This document shows positions 49,457 through 59,633 of a DNA stretch of 64,000 nucleotides, piece by piece. A program made the position numbers and the translations under genes. The stretch lies in the NCBI GenBank assembly GCA_047638975.1, contig JBLINB010000002.1, positions 12,487 through 76,486 of the forward strand. The letters are read 5' to 3'. The stretch comes from Myxococcota bacterium (GTDB lineage: Bacteria; Planctomycetota; UBA1135). Below the pieces are notes generated by a model. It did not search any database. It was not told where the DNA came from and worked only from the letters and a program-made list of their open reading frames with translations. Position 1 is the first letter of the stretch. Each line of letters opens with the position of its first letter.

Positions 49457-52400
49457 TTAATTAGCCTCAGGAGCATCTAGTTGAATGTTTAGACCGAGAC
49501 CACGAATCTCGTTCATCAATACTTCGAATGACACCGGAGTGCCTGGCTCGAGGATGTTCTTACCCTTAACCATTGATTCGTAAATTTTGGTTCGACCATC
49601 TACATCGTCGGACTTAACCGTTAGCAACTCTTGCAGTAAGTATGCTGCGCCATAGGCCTCGAGTGCCCAGACTTCCATCTCGCCGAGACGCTGGCCACCG
49701 AATCGCGCCTTACCACCAAGTGGCTGTTGCGTAATCAAGCTGTATGGACCAGTAGAACGTGCGTGAACTTTAGCGTCAACCAAGTGGTGAAGCTTCAGCA
49801 TGTACATGTAACCTACACAAACGTTTTGTTCGAATGCCATTCCGGTACGGCCATCAAGCAGTGTGCTCGCACCATCGGTGCGCATGCCCACAGCAGAAAG
49901 AGCCTCTTCGATTTGCAATTCAGTCGCGCCATCGAATGCTGCAGTGTAAGCGCGGAAACCGGCTTTCTTAGCAGCTATACCAAGGTGCGTTTCTAGGATC
50001 TGGCCAACATTCATACGTGAAGGCACACCTAGTGGGTTAAGAAGAATGTCAACCGGAGTACCGTCTTCTAGATATGGCATATCTTCTTCAGGTAGAATCG
50101 TTGAGATTACACCCTTGTTACCGTGACGACCCGCCATCTTGTCACCAATGGACAAGTTACGCTTAGTCGCAATGTAAATTTTAACCATTTCAAGAACACC
50201 GTTCGGCAAGTCATCACCACGTGAAAGACGTGACGACATTTTTACCTTCCAGGCTTCTTTGTCTTCGATACGGTTCATGTGAGTACGCACAATCTCGTCA
50301 GCCTTACTACGGCGTGACGAATGATCGAGTGTCTCAGGGAACGCTTTCAGGAATTCACGAATACGTTGCAAGTCACCGAACAATGAAGCCTCGGTAACAG
50401 CCATCGCCTTCTTGGTCGACGGATCTTTAATCGCTGATTCGGTGTACTCGTTTAATTCGTCGATACAGCGCTGCAATTCACGGCGCAAGATACCATCGTA
50501 TTCATTCTCGAAAGAACGGATCTTTTCGTGAGCATCGCGGCGCTCGGTAGCTGTCATGTTTACCTTACGGCTAAACTTTTCTGCTCCGATAACTACTCCA
50601 CGTACTCCGGCTGGCAACTTGGCTGAGACGTTTTTAACATCTTCACCAGCGCGACCGAAAATGGCGTGCAGCAAACGCTCTTCAGGAGTTAACTCCGTCT
50701 TTGACTTAGGTGCAACTTTGCCGACAAGGATGTCGTTTGGCCCTACGCGAGTTCCAATACGCACCATGCCTTCTTCGTCTAGATTCTTCAACGCACGCTC
50801 GCCCGCATTCGGGATATCGCGCGTAAATTCTTCTTTACCAAGTGTCGTTTCACGGATTTCGGCTGTGTAACTATTGATGTGCACCGAAGTGAACATATCG
50901 TCTTTTACTAGACGCTCAGACACGACAATCGCATCCTCATAGTTGTAGCCTTCCCATGACATAAATGCCACGAGCAAGTTTTTACCAATGGCGAGTTCGC
51001 CATTATCAGTAGAAGGTCCGTCTGCAATCACTTGATTCTTCTTAACCTTGTCGCCTGCCCTTACGAGTGGCTTTTGGTTTAGACAAGTGTGCTCGTTGGT
51101 GCCTTCGAACTTACGCAACACGTAAGGCTCTGGGTCACCGACCATGCGAATCTGCAGAGCGTCTACGTACGCCACAGTACCAGCTGCGCGTGACTTAACC
51201 ACCCAACCAGAGTTATGAGCAACAGCGCGCTCCATGCCGGTACCGACCAACGGTGGCTCGGTAGCGATCAGTGGCACCGCCTGGCGCATCATGTTAGAAC
51301 CCATCAATGCACGGTTAGCATCGTCGTGTTCCAGGAATGGAATCAATGAAGCAGAAATGCCCAGAATTTGCGCTGGGTCTACATCAAGATACTGAATGTC
51401 TTCGCGTGGAACCAAAGCGAAATCGCCATGGTGGCGTGACATAACCATGCCCTGCTCATCAGTCATTAGCAATCCCTTGTCGTCGACATTCGAGTCGGCT
51501 GGCGCAAAGGTGCAATTGAATTCTTCGTCGGCACGCACGTATGCTACCTCGTCAGTAATCTTACCTTTCTTTACAGTACGGTAAGGAGTTACCAAGAAGC
51601 CATAATTATCAACCATCGCAAACAGCGACAATGACGAAATCAGACCAATGTTAGCACCCTCTGGTGTTTCAATCGGGCATAAGCGACCATAGTGAGAAAT
51701 GTGAACGTCACGCTCTTGGAAGCCGGCACGTTTACGGTTCAAACCACCAGGCCCCAGTGCAGACAAGCGGCGCTCGTGAGCTAACTGGGACAGCGGGTTC
51801 GTTTGGTCAACTACTTGCGACAATTCGCCACGTGAGAAGAACTGGTCTATAGAAGTACTAAACGGCTTTGCATTAATCAATGCGCGTGGCGTAAGTGATT
51901 CTACGTCTTCTTCTTGAGACATGCGGTCGATGACTGCACGCGACACCTTGAGTAATCCCTTACGGAAGTCATCACGGGCCATCTCAGCAATAGTACGTAC
52001 ACGACGATTACCCAAGTGGTCAATATCATCGATCTCTCCGCGTCCGGCGCGTAGGCCTAGCAGATACTTAACCGTATCAAGGAAGTCTTCGATCTGCAAA
52101 GTACGCGGACCATTATCTGCCTCGGACGGACGGTTGAATTTACGGCTAATGCGGAAACGACCAACCTTACCCAAGCTATAACGCGCTTCGTTAAAGAAGC
52201 GGTCTTGAAGCAGCTCGCGAGCCTTTTCAAGCTGCACAGGATTACCAGGACGCAACTTAGAGTAGATGGCAGAAAGAGCCTCTTCGTGATTATTCGAAGT
52301 GTCTTCTTTTAGCGAGTTGATAATGAGGCTGTCTTCTGGATCAACCAACAACTGTAGCTCTGTTAAGTCAGAACCAGCAATATGCTCGGCAACATCAGCG

Positions 52401-53206
52401 GTGATCACCTGACCTGATTCTGCCCAGACTTCGCCAGTACGTGTGTCACGAATTTGCTCGAGAGCCAAACGGCCTTCGATTTCTGTAGCGAACTTAGCTT
52501 TTGAACCTTTCTTTTGACGCGTTATTGTTTCTACATCGTAGAACAACGCCAACAGCTGCCCATCGCTACCCCACTCTGGGTTTAGCGCACGCAGCAAAGT
52601 CAAAGCACTAAACTTACCCTGCTGGTCAATACGCACCTGCAACGCGCCCTTACCCGACACCATGAAATCTACCCATGAGCCACGCTCAGGGATAATACGC
52701 GCAGTATGCAATTTCTTGTCACCGGACGCACGGTCGAGAGCAAAATCTATACCTGGTGAGCGATGCAATTGTGCTACCACAACGCGCTCAGAACCATTAA
52801 CGATAAATTCGCCACCACCCATCATCACAGGCACTTCGCCGAGGAATATTTCTTCTTCGATTGCTTGATCACCTTGACGCAAGGCCATCTTTACACGCAA
52901 CGGGTACGAGTAACTATAGCGCAGCTCGCGACACTCACTTGGAGTGTAACGTGGACGTCCTAGGGTGTAGCCACCGTATTCTAGAGCAAGAGTCTTGTCG
53001 TGGCTTTCAATTGGAAAAATATCATTGAATAACCCTTGAAGGCCTTGGTCTTTTCTACGAGAAGCTGGAACGTTTAACTGCAAGAAATCGCTGTAAGAGC
53101 GAGTCTGCAAATCAGACAATCCAGGAAGCAGAGACTCGTCTCTGCTCGAAAAGGAACGGTAATCGCGAATTTCGAAATCGGCGATTTTTTTAGTATTTGT
53201 GGTCAT
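49457..53206 (-). CDS. rpoB: RNA polymerase beta subunit
   Basis: GDKMAGRHGNKG, ETPEGANIGLI, GGQRLGEMEVWALEAYG. Confidence 0.99.
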   Translation of the reverse strand: MTTNTKKIADFEIRDYRSFSSRDESLLPGLSDLQTRSYSDFLQLNVPASRRKDQGLQGLFNDIFPIESHDKTLALEYGGYTLGRPRYTPSECRELRYSYSYPLRVKMALRQGDQAIEEEIFLGEVPVMMGGGEFIVNGSERVVVAQLHRSPGIDFALDRASGDKKLHTARIIPERGSWVDFMVSGKGALQVRIDQQGKFSALTLLRALNPEWGSDGQLLALFYDVETITRQKKGSKAKFATEIEGRLALEQIRDTRTGEVWAESGQVITADVAEHIAGSDLTELQLLVDPEDSLIINSLKEDTSNNHEEALSAIYSKLRPGNPVQLEKARELLQDRFFNEARYSLGKVGRFRISRKFNRPSEADNGPRTLQIEDFLDTVKYLLGLRAGRGEIDDIDHLGNRRVRTIAEMARDDFRKGLLKVSRAVIDRMSQEEDVESLTPRALINAKPFSTSIDQFFSRGELSQVVDQTNPLSQLAHERRLSALGPGGLNRKRAGFQERDVHISHYGRLCPIETPEGANIGLISSLSLFAMVDNYGFLVTPYRTVKKGKITDEVAYVRADEEFNCTFAPADSNVDDKGLLMTDEQGMVMSRHHGDFALVPREDIQYLDVDPAQILGISASLIPFLEHDDANRALMGSNMMRQAVPLIATEPPLVGTGMERAVAHNSGWVVKSRAAGTVAYVDALQIRMVGDPEPYVLRKFEGTNEHTCLNQKPLVRAGDKVKKNQVIADGPSTDNGELAIGKNLLVAFMSWEGYNYEDAIVVSERLVKDDMFTSVHINSYTAEIRETTLGKEEFTRDIPNAGERALKNLDEEGMVRIGTRVGPNDILVGKVAPKSKTELTPEERLLHAIFGRAGEDVKNVSAKLPAGVRGVVIGAEKFSRKVNMTATERRDAHEKIRSFENEYDGILRRELQRCIDELNEYTESAIKDPSTKKAMAVTEASLFGDLQRIREFLKAFPETLDHSSRRSKADEIVRTHMNRIEDKEAWKVKMSSRLSRGDDLPNGVLEMVKIYIATKRNLSIGDKMAGRHGNKGVISTILPEEDMPYLEDGTPVDILLNPLGVPSRMNVGQILETHLGIAAKKAGFRAYTAAFDGATELQIEEALSAVGMRTDGASTLLDGRTGMAFEQNVCVGYMYMLKLHHLVDAKVHARSTGPYSLITQQPLGGKARFGGQRLGEMEVWALEAYGAAYLLQELLTVKSDDVDGRTKIYESMVKGKNILEPGTPVSFEVLMNEIRGLGLNIQLDAPEAN

Positions 53207-53392
53207 CCGGAAGCACCTTGCACAGGTTTTGGGGAGAAAAGCGTGCCAAATACCACGATTGAATTAACAATCGCGATGAACTTTGCTTAAGCAAAGCAAT
53301 GTCGTGGGGAAACGACAGAGAATCCGCAACCACTCTCGCTGCCTAAACAACGAAAGTAGTTTGCGGTATAGCTATTAAAAGCCAATAACTTA

Positions 53393-53800
53393 TTAAGCAA
53401 GCTTGACGACAGCGCCAGCTTCTTCAAGTTTTGCTTTTAGCTCTTCAGCCTCGGCAGTTGGCACGCCTTCCTTAATTGCCTTTGGAGCACTTTCTACAAG
53501 CTCTTTTGCTTCCTTCAGACCTAATCCTGTAATCGCACGTACAGCTTTGATCACAGGGATCTTTTTGCCGCCATCGCTTTCAAGAACTACGTCGAATGAG
53601 TCTTTAGTCTCTTCTTCAGCACCTGCATCACCACCACCACCAGCGGCAGCAACAGCAACAGGAGCAGCAGCTGAAACGCCCCAACGCTCTTCGAGAGCCT
53701 TGACGAGTGTAGCGGCCTTACCGATAGGGAGTGCATCTAGAGATGCGAAAATAGCTTCTAGATCTGAGTCTAGTTCTACAGTGTTTGTTTCTTCTGACAT
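53393..53800 (-). CDS. rplL: 50S ribosomal protein bL12
   Basis: [24 protein letters not shown]. Confidence 0.98.
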   Translation of the reverse strand: MSEETNTVELDSDLEAIFASLDALPIGKAATLVKALEERWGVSAAAPVAVAAAGGGGDAGAEEETKDSFDVVLESDGGKKIPVIKAVRAITGLGLKEAKELVESAPKAIKEGVPTAEAEELKAKLEEAGAVVKLA

Positions 53801-53854
53801 GATTTTATTTCCTTTATTAAATCGTTGAGTGATTGTTATAGACGACAGCTATTG

Positions 53855-54379
53855 CTATTCGCCCTGATCGACGCGGGCCTGGATGGCGCGCGCCAAAGAT
53901 GTTGGGACCTCGCTGAAAATTGCAGCGAGTTGACGAGGAGAACCCATGATTGTGCCACAGATTTTGCCGCGCAGAGTATCTTTGTCTTCCATTGAAGCAA
54001 TCGAAGCAGCTTCGCTTGCTGACATTTGAGAGCCATCAAGAACAGCAGCACGATAATTTACCTTACGTACCTTTGCTTTTTTCCAGAGGACCTCGATTGC
54101 TTTAGCAGCATTTATTGTAGATTCTGCATCTCCAATAAGTATGCCACACATGCCAGACCAAGATTCGGAATCGAACTCGATACCAGCTTGCTTAAGTGCA
54201 ACCTGAGCAAGGCGATTCTTAGTTACGCGTAACTGCGCACCAGCATCGCGTACTTTATTACGCAGCTCTTGAGCTTCTTCTACGGTTAGGTTTTCGATGC
54301 TTAGCAGAACCAAGCCATCTCTTTCGGCAAACTGTTTGCCGTAGTTACCAACCATCCATTCGTTAAGATTACTTACCAT
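53855..54379 (-). CDS. rplJ: 50S ribosomal protein uL10
   Basis: LTVEEAQELR, VTKNRLA; position between rplA and rplL. Confidence 0.93.
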   Translation of the reverse strand: MVSNLNEWMVGNYGKQFAERDGLVLLSIENLTVEEAQELRNKVRDAGAQLRVTKNRLAQVALKQAGIEFDSESWSGMCGILIGDAESTINAAKAIEVLWKKAKVRKVNYRAAVLDGSQMSASEAASIASMEDKDTLRGKICGTIMGSPRQLAAIFSEVPTSLARAIQARVDQGE

Positions 54380-54403
54380 TTTATTATCCTGTATTTATTA
54401 GAT

Positions 54404-55084
54404 TTATGAGAAGTTAACCTTGAGCCCTGGACCCATTGTTGAAGAGACTGAAATCGTGCGGAAGTATGTTCCGCGCGCAGAAGCTGGACGCATTGAACTA
54501 ACCATATCTAGGAAAGTTCTAGCGTTTTCTTCTAAGTTTTCAGCAGAGAAAGATAGTTTACCTACTGGCACGTGAACGTTACCTGCAGCGTCAACTCTGA
54601 ATTCGACCTTACCAGCCTTAAACTCAGCTGTTGCCTTTGCAACATCTGGAGTAACAGTGCCAGACTTAGGTGATGGCATCTTGCCTTGAGGGCCAAGAGT
54701 ACGACCTAATTTACCGACAACACGCATCATTGCTGGGTGAGCAATTACGATATCGAAGTCGGTCCAGCCGGCTTCAATTTTTGCACCCAACTCGTCGCTA
54801 CCTACTTCGAGCGCGCCAGCAGCCTTTGCAGCTTCTGCGGCATCGCCTTCAGCGAAAACAACGATACGAACATCTTTACCCAAACCGTGAGGCATGCTTA
54901 CAGCACCACGCACCATTTGGTCAGACTTCTTTGGATCAACACTCAAACGTGCTACTACTTCGACAGTTTCGTCAAACTTAGCAGGACGCAGAGACTTAAG
55001 AGTAGACATTGCGTCTTGCAAGCCATAGACCTTCGTCTTGTCTAGCTGCTCGACGTTGTCACGAAAACGGCGACTATTTGCCAT
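54404..55084 (-). CDS. rplA: 50S ribosomal protein uL1
   Basis: KFDETVE, PHGLGK, MPSPKSGTV, STMGPG. Confidence 0.98.
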   Translation of the reverse strand: MANSRRFRDNVEQLDKTKVYGLQDAMSTLKSLRPAKFDETVEVVARLSVDPKKSDQMVRGAVSMPHGLGKDVRIVVFAEGDAAEAAKAAGALEVGSDELGAKIEAGWTDFDIVIAHPAMMRVVGKLGRTLGPQGKMPSPKSGTVTPDVAKATAEFKAGKVEFRVDAAGNVHVPVGKLSFSAENLEENARTFLDMVSSMRPASARGTYFRTISVSSTMGPGLKVNFS

Positions 55085-55085
55085 G

Positions 55086-55508
55086 TTATTTGACCTCCAG
55101 GCCCATTGAGCGGGCAGTACCTTCGATGATTCGCATTGCAGCCTCTACGGATGCAGCATTCAAGTCAGCCATTTTTATTTCGGCTATTTCTCGTAGTTGG
55201 TCTGATGTGACAGAACCGACTATCTGTGTGCCGACTTCGCCGGCACCTTTCTCAACGCCTGCAGCCTTCTTCAACAATACGGCCGCCGGTGGCGACTTGT
55301 ACTCTAGAGAAAAACTACGGTCACTGTAGACAGTAATAACTACCGGGATGATCATGCCACGCTTATCTTGCGTTGCAGCGTTAAATTGACTAACGAATTC
55401 GCCGATAGGCACACCAGCAGCGCCCAAAGCTGGGCCTACCGGAGGAGCAGGTGTTGCAGCGCCCGCTGGACACTGAAGTTTCAATTTGTTTATTATTTCT
55501 TTTGCCAT
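55086..55508 (-). CDS. rplK: 50S ribosomal protein uL11
   Basis: Start MAKEI at 55508; [19 protein letters not shown]. Confidence 0.98.
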   Translation of the reverse strand: MAKEIINKLKLQCPAGAATPAPPVGPALGAAGVPIGEFVSQFNAATQDKRGMIIPVVITVYSDRSFSLEYKSPPAAVLLKKAAGVEKGAGEVGTQIVGSVTSDQLREIAEIKMADLNAASVEAAMRIIEGTARSMGLEVK

Positions 55509-55514
55509 TTTTAT

Positions 55515-55541
55515 CCCTCCCACGAATGTGGTGAAAACGGG
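55515..55541 (-). promoter_or_regulatory. Candidate uL1-binding autoregulatory leader overlapping the rplK Shine-Dalgarno sequence
   Basis: Minus strand CCC-GUUUUCA-CCAC-auuc-GUGG-GA-GGG: two stems around an asymmetric loop with the GUGGGAG/CCAC elements typical of L1 sites. Confidence 0.45.
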
Positions 55542-55557
55542 TCAGCCAAGGCGGCCA

Positions 55558-56127
55558 TTAATTTGGTTCGACATGCCAGTGATCTATTTGAACACTGGTT
55601 GAACGACCAAAGATTGTAACAGAGATAGTCATTTTCCCGTGGGTAGCGTCTATCTCTTCTACGTTTCCGTCGAAGCCTTCGAAAGGACCTTCTTTAATGC
55701 GGACGGAATCACCGCGTTTAATCTTCACTGCCATGCGTGGAGTTTCTGCTGTATCGTTAATACGATCTAAAATCTCTTTAATTTCTTCAGGAGACATCGC
55801 CAATGGCGGCTTCTGCCCACCTACGAAATCGCCGAAACCCTTCGACTCGTGCAAAGTGAACCACACCTTTTGGTCGAGCTCATTTTGAGGAACCTCTGCT
55901 CCGCCCCAGTCGCCCAAATCTGCTTGAATCACGCAATAGCCTGGGAACATTTTGCGTGTAACGATCTTCTTCTTACCATTCTTGATTTCGGACACCTTCT
56001 CGGCAGGCACCAACACTTCGGGAATGCGATCTCCGAGACCCGCAGCTTTAACGCTACGCTCGATGTTTTCGCGGACCCAGTCTTCACGATTAGTCAAGAC
56101 ACGAACGATATACCACTCTTTAGCCAC
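55558..56127 (-). CDS. nusG: Transcription antitermination factor NusG
   Basis: WYIV, FPGY, GDSVRIKEGPFEGF, IFGRST. Confidence 0.97.
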   Translation of the reverse strand: MAKEWYIVRVLTNREDWVRENIERSVKAAGLGDRIPEVLVPAEKVSEIKNGKKKIVTRKMFPGYCVIQADLGDWGGAEVPQNELDQKVWFTLHESKGFGDFVGGQKPPLAMSPEEIKEILDRINDTAETPRMAVKIKRGDSVRIKEGPFEGFDGNVEEIDATHGKMTISVTIFGRSTSVQIDHWHVEPN

Positions 56128-56566
56128 GTAAGTTACCCCAAAGTAGTACGTTAAATATACGCCCTAGCGCAAAGTCGGAAAAGGCCAAGAAGCCCATCAA
56201 GATAGCAACTGTGATCACTACGACGATTGAAGAGTTCGTTGCGTCTTCAAAAGTAGGCCAAGTTACTTTATTCATTTCTTGCTCGACCTCGATTAGATGT
56301 TCGGCCGTAGACTCGCGACCCAGATAACGCATTAACAAGAATGCGGCAACAAAGAAAACGAGAGTCGCTACTGCAAAAGCTCCGGTTAGACGAACGCCTA
56401 ACAAAGGCACCACTTCTAGACCAGCGATGATCGGACTACGTAGAGACTCGACACCGGCTAAAGTGCCTAATAGAGAGTAGCAACCGAAAAACAGCATACC
56501 CGCACTCAGCCAAAATGCTGTTTGGCGAGCGTTGCGTCCTTCGTCTGGCTTGTAACGGTATAACAT
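56120..56566 (-). CDS. secE: Preprotein translocase SecE (long, three-TM form)
   Basis: EMNKVTWPT motif followed by a TM helix; between rpmG and nusG; start ATG 56566. Confidence 0.9.
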   Translation of the reverse strand: MLYRYKPDEGRNARQTAFWLSAGMLFFGCYSLLGTLAGVESLRSPIIAGLEVVPLLGVRLTGAFAVATLVFFVAAFLLMRYLGRESTAEHLIEVEQEMNKVTWPTFEDATNSSIVVVITVAILMGFLAFSDFALGRIFNVLLWGNLRG

Positions 56567-56568
56567 TA

Positions 56569-56727
56569 CTAGAGTTTCTTTTCGCGGTGAGTCGTGTGAC
56601 AACGGCAAAAGCGGCAGAACTTACTCTTTTCGAGCTTGTATTCTGCGCGAGCCTTCTTGTCAGTAGTGTAATTACGATTCTTACACTCGGTGCACTCGAG
56701 GAAAACGTGGCGTTCTTTGTTCTTCAT
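56569..56727 (-). CDS. rpmG: 50S ribosomal protein bL33 (Zn-binding type)
   Basis: Below the ORF-track cutoff; translated by hand: [52 protein letters not shown]. Confidence 0.93.
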   Translation of the reverse strand: MKNKERHVFLECTECKNRNYTTDKKARAEYKLEKSKFCRFCRCHTTHREKKL

Positions 56728-56784
56728 GACTAAGGTGTATGGTTAGTAGCCCCCACCGATAGGCAGGGGCAACCTTGTTCGAGA

Positions 56785-57990
56785 TTACTCGATGATTTTC
56801 GCTACCACACCAGCACCAACAGTGCGGCCACCTTCGCGAATAGCGAAGTGAAGCTGCTCTTCCATTGCGACCGGAGAGATAAGTGTAACTGTTACTTTAA
56901 CGTTATCGCCTGGCATAACCACATCAACACCGTCAGACAGTTGGATTGAACCAGTAACGTCTGTTGTGCGGAAGTAGAACTGTGGACGGTAACCAGAAAC
57001 GAATGGCTTCTTACGGCCACCTTCGTCTTTAGTCAGAACGTAAATCTCAGTTTCGAATGTAGTGTGAGGAGTAATAGACTTGACTGCTGCCAAAACCTGG
57101 CCGCGCTCAATGTCTTCTTTCTTGATACCGCGCAGAAGGAGACCAACGTTGTCGCCGGCCAGACCTTCGCTTAGTGTCTTCTGAAACATTTCAACACCTG
57201 TACAGGTAGTCTTTACTGTTTCCCTAACACCAACGATTTCGATCTCGTCACCAATATTGACCTTACCCTGCTCGATACGGCCGGTTACTACAGTACCGCG
57301 ACCTTCGATAGAGAACACGTCTTCAACAGGCATCAAGAATGGCTTATCTAAGTCGCGTGTTGGCTCAACAACATCGACGTCAATCGCATCAGTGAGAGCT
57401 TTCATGCACTCAAAACGTGGATCGTCTAGCGGAGCGCCTTCTTGCGCTGCCTCTAGAGCCTTAAGAGCTGAACCGCGAATGATAGTGATATCGTCGCCTG
57501 GGAAATCGTATTGAGACAGAAGATCACGCATCTCCATTTCAACTAGCTCGAGCATCTCTTCGTCGTCTACCATGTCACATTTGTTCATGAAGATAACCAA
57601 AGAAGGTACGTTAACCTGCTTCGCCAAAAGGATGTGCTCGCGAGTCTGAGGCATTGGGCCATCAGTCGCAGCTACTACCAAAATGCCGCCGTCCATCTGA
57701 GCAGCACCCGTGATCATGTTCTTAACATAATCTGCGTGTCCTGGACAGTCAACGTGTGCGTAGTGACGGTTTACCGTTTCATACTCAACGTGTGCCGTTG
57801 AGATAGTGATACCGCGTTCGCGCTCTTCTGGTGCCTTATCAATCTGATCAAACGCCATGGCCTTAGATCCTGTAGCCAAGGACAGATAACCGGTGATTGC
57901 AGCCGTAAGGGTTGTCTTGCCGTGGTCGACGTGGCCGATAGTGCCAACGTTTACGTGCGGCTTAGTTCTTTCAAAAACTTCTTTTGCCAT
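56785..57990 (-). CDS. tuf: Elongation factor Tu
   Basis: [29 protein letters not shown]. Confidence 0.99.
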   Translation of the reverse strand: MAKEVFERTKPHVNVGTIGHVDHGKTTLTAAITGYLSLATGSKAMAFDQIDKAPEERERGITISTAHVEYETVNRHYAHVDCPGHADYVKNMITGAAQMDGGILVVAATDGPMPQTREHILLAKQVNVPSLVIFMNKCDMVDDEEMLELVEMEMRDLLSQYDFPGDDITIIRGSALKALEAAQEGAPLDDPRFECMKALTDAIDVDVVEPTRDLDKPFLMPVEDVFSIEGRGTVVTGRIEQGKVNIGDEIEIVGVRETVKTTCTGVEMFQKTLSEGLAGDNVGLLLRGIKKEDIERGQVLAAVKSITPHTTFETEIYVLTKDEGGRKKPFVSGYRPQFYFRTTDVTGSIQLSDGVDVVMPGDNVKVTVTLISPVAMEEQLHFAIREGGRTVGAGVVAKIIE

Positions 57991-58082
57991 GGTGTTATTA
58001 GACCGCTCTCGCGGATTTTGTTTATTGTTTAAGTGTTATTTGTGATCAAAGACTGACAATGTGTCAAACTTTGGTTCAGTAA

Positions 58083-58157
58083 TGGAGCTACTGACGAGAT
58101 TTGAACTCGTGACCTCTTCATTACCAATGAAGTGCTCTACCCCTGAGCTACAGTAGC
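58083..58157 (-). tRNA. tRNA-Thr(GGT)
   Basis: CTTCA-TTGGTAA-TGAAG anticodon arm, AGTTCAAAT T-loop, CCA end. Confidence 0.95.
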
Positions 58158-58164
58158 ATGTGAA

Positions 58165-58238
58165 TGGAGCGGGTGAAGGGAATCGAACCCTCGCAACCAG
58201 CTTGGAAGGCTGGGGCTCTACCACTGAGCTACACCCGC
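58165..58238 (-). tRNA. tRNA-Gly(TCC)
   Basis: CCAGC-CTTCCAA-GCTGG anticodon arm, GGTTCGATTCC, CCA end. Confidence 0.96.
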
Positions 58239-58244
58239 GGGGAT

Positions 58245-58329
58245 TGGTGGGGAGAAGAGGACTTGAACCTCTGTAGGCAGAGCCAGCGGATTTACAATCC
58301 GCCCCGTTTGGCCACTTCGGTATCTCCCC
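58245..58329 (-). tRNA. tRNA-Tyr(GTA)
   Basis: GCGGA-TTGTAAA-TCCGC anticodon arm, long variable arm, CCA end. Confidence 0.95.
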
Positions 58330-58408
58330 CCAAATTAGATTTGAAGCATGCTTCAAAATCGCCCTGGAGCGTGTGTAAAAAAAGGAACGACCTGATGAGT
58401 GTAATTAG

Positions 58409-58483
58409 TGGAGCTAGCTAAGGGAGTCGAACCCTTGACCACCGGTTTACAAAACCGGAGCTCTACCACTGAGCTAAGCTAGC
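58409..58483 (-). tRNA. tRNA-Thr(TGT)
   Basis: CCGGT-TTTGTAA-ACCGG anticodon arm, GGTTCGACTCC, CCA end; canonical Thr-Tyr-Gly-Thr-tuf array. Confidence 0.95.
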
Positions 58484-58521
58484 GTTACACGCAACAAGCA
58501 CAAACAAACCAAGACAGAGCC

Positions 58522-59631
58522 TTAGTCAATTTGGGTCGAGCATTCTAGCGCAGAGATGTCATTTGACCAAGGGCTTGGAGCAGAATTTTTCGATAAATCT
58601 GAAAATATTTTTTTCATCTCTCCTAAAGTCACATTGGACAAACGATCGCATAATGCCGCGGCTAACTCTAGCGCCAGCAAGGCCTCACCAACGATTGCTG
58701 CGGCTTCTACCACGCACACATCGCTGCGCTCGTAAGTGGCGCGATGGACGCTCATATTTGATAAGTCTATAGATGGCAGCCCTTTACGCAGTGTAGGGAT
58801 CGGCTTAATTACAGCTTCGAGCACCACCTGCTGACCGTTGCTTAGTCCGCCCTCTATGCCACCAGCATTATTGGATGACCGACCTACGCCACCCCACGCA
58901 CCTGCATCGGCGACAATCGGGTCGTGATAGTCGGAGCCCGCCACTAAATCTGCGTCAAAGCCGCCACCCATCGCCACCGCTTTAATCGCTGGAATTGAAG
59001 AAATGGCCGCCATCAATCGTGCATCCAAGCGCTGATTGGCTTGAGAGTAAGAGCCCAGACCCGGCATCACCCCGCTTGCAACAACCCGGAAGCGTCCACC
59101 TAAAGAGTCACCATCTTCTTTGGCCTTGTCTACTTTCGCGTGCCACTCTGGGGTGTTTTCGTAGCTAACACCAGCCACTGAAAGGACTTGAGATTCTACA
59201 GTAACACCGAAATGCGCGATCAGTTGTTTGGCGACCTCACCAAGTGCTGTTCGTGCAGCCGTTTCGCGCGCCGAAGCTCTTTCTAGGACTGCGCGAATAT
59301 CGCGACATTGCAAACGCTGGACCCCCGCCATATCAACATGCCCAGGGCGCGGTGCTTTTAAATTTGGTAACTCATCAATGCGCGTATCACTATTCTCAAT
59401 CAACAGCACTAAAGGTGTACCCAAAGTCACCCCCTTTTTTAATCCGCAGTAGCAGCTTAATTTATCTTGCTCAAACTTACTACGCGGACCACGCCCATAA
59501 CCTTGCCAGCGGCGTGCAAGACCCGCGCGGATGGCGTCTAGATCGATGGTTAAGCCTGCGGGCAAGCCTTCAATCATGGCCATCAACCCTGGTCCATGCG
59601 ATTCTCCGGCAGTGCTGTAAGTTAGGGGCAT
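58522..59631 (-). CDS. aroC: Chorismate synthase
   Basis: TAGESHG, PRPGH, RASARETAAR, SNNAGGIEGG, RSDVC. Confidence 0.97.
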   Translation of the reverse strand: MPLTYSTAGESHGPGLMAMIEGLPAGLTIDLDAIRAGLARRWQGYGRGPRSKFEQDKLSCYCGLKKGVTLGTPLVLLIENSDTRIDELPNLKAPRPGHVDMAGVQRLQCRDIRAVLERASARETAARTALGEVAKQLIAHFGVTVESQVLSVAGVSYENTPEWHAKVDKAKEDGDSLGGRFRVVASGVMPGLGSYSQANQRLDARLMAAISSIPAIKAVAMGGGFDADLVAGSDYHDPIVADAGAWGGVGRSSNNAGGIEGGLSNGQQVVLEAVIKPIPTLRKGLPSIDLSNMSVHRATYERSDVCVVEAAAIVGEALLALELAAALCDRLSNVTLGEMKKIFSDLSKNSAPSPWSNDISALECSTQID

Positions 59632-59633
59632 AA

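Noticed and set aside
56566-56572. Expected tRNA-Trp between rpmG and secE
   Set aside because: Only 2 bp separate the genes, so there is no tRNA here.
56749-56770. GC-rich hairpin after tuf as a terminator
   Set aside because: The 9-bp stem has no U-tract; it may be a stability element, but that is not supportable from the sequence.
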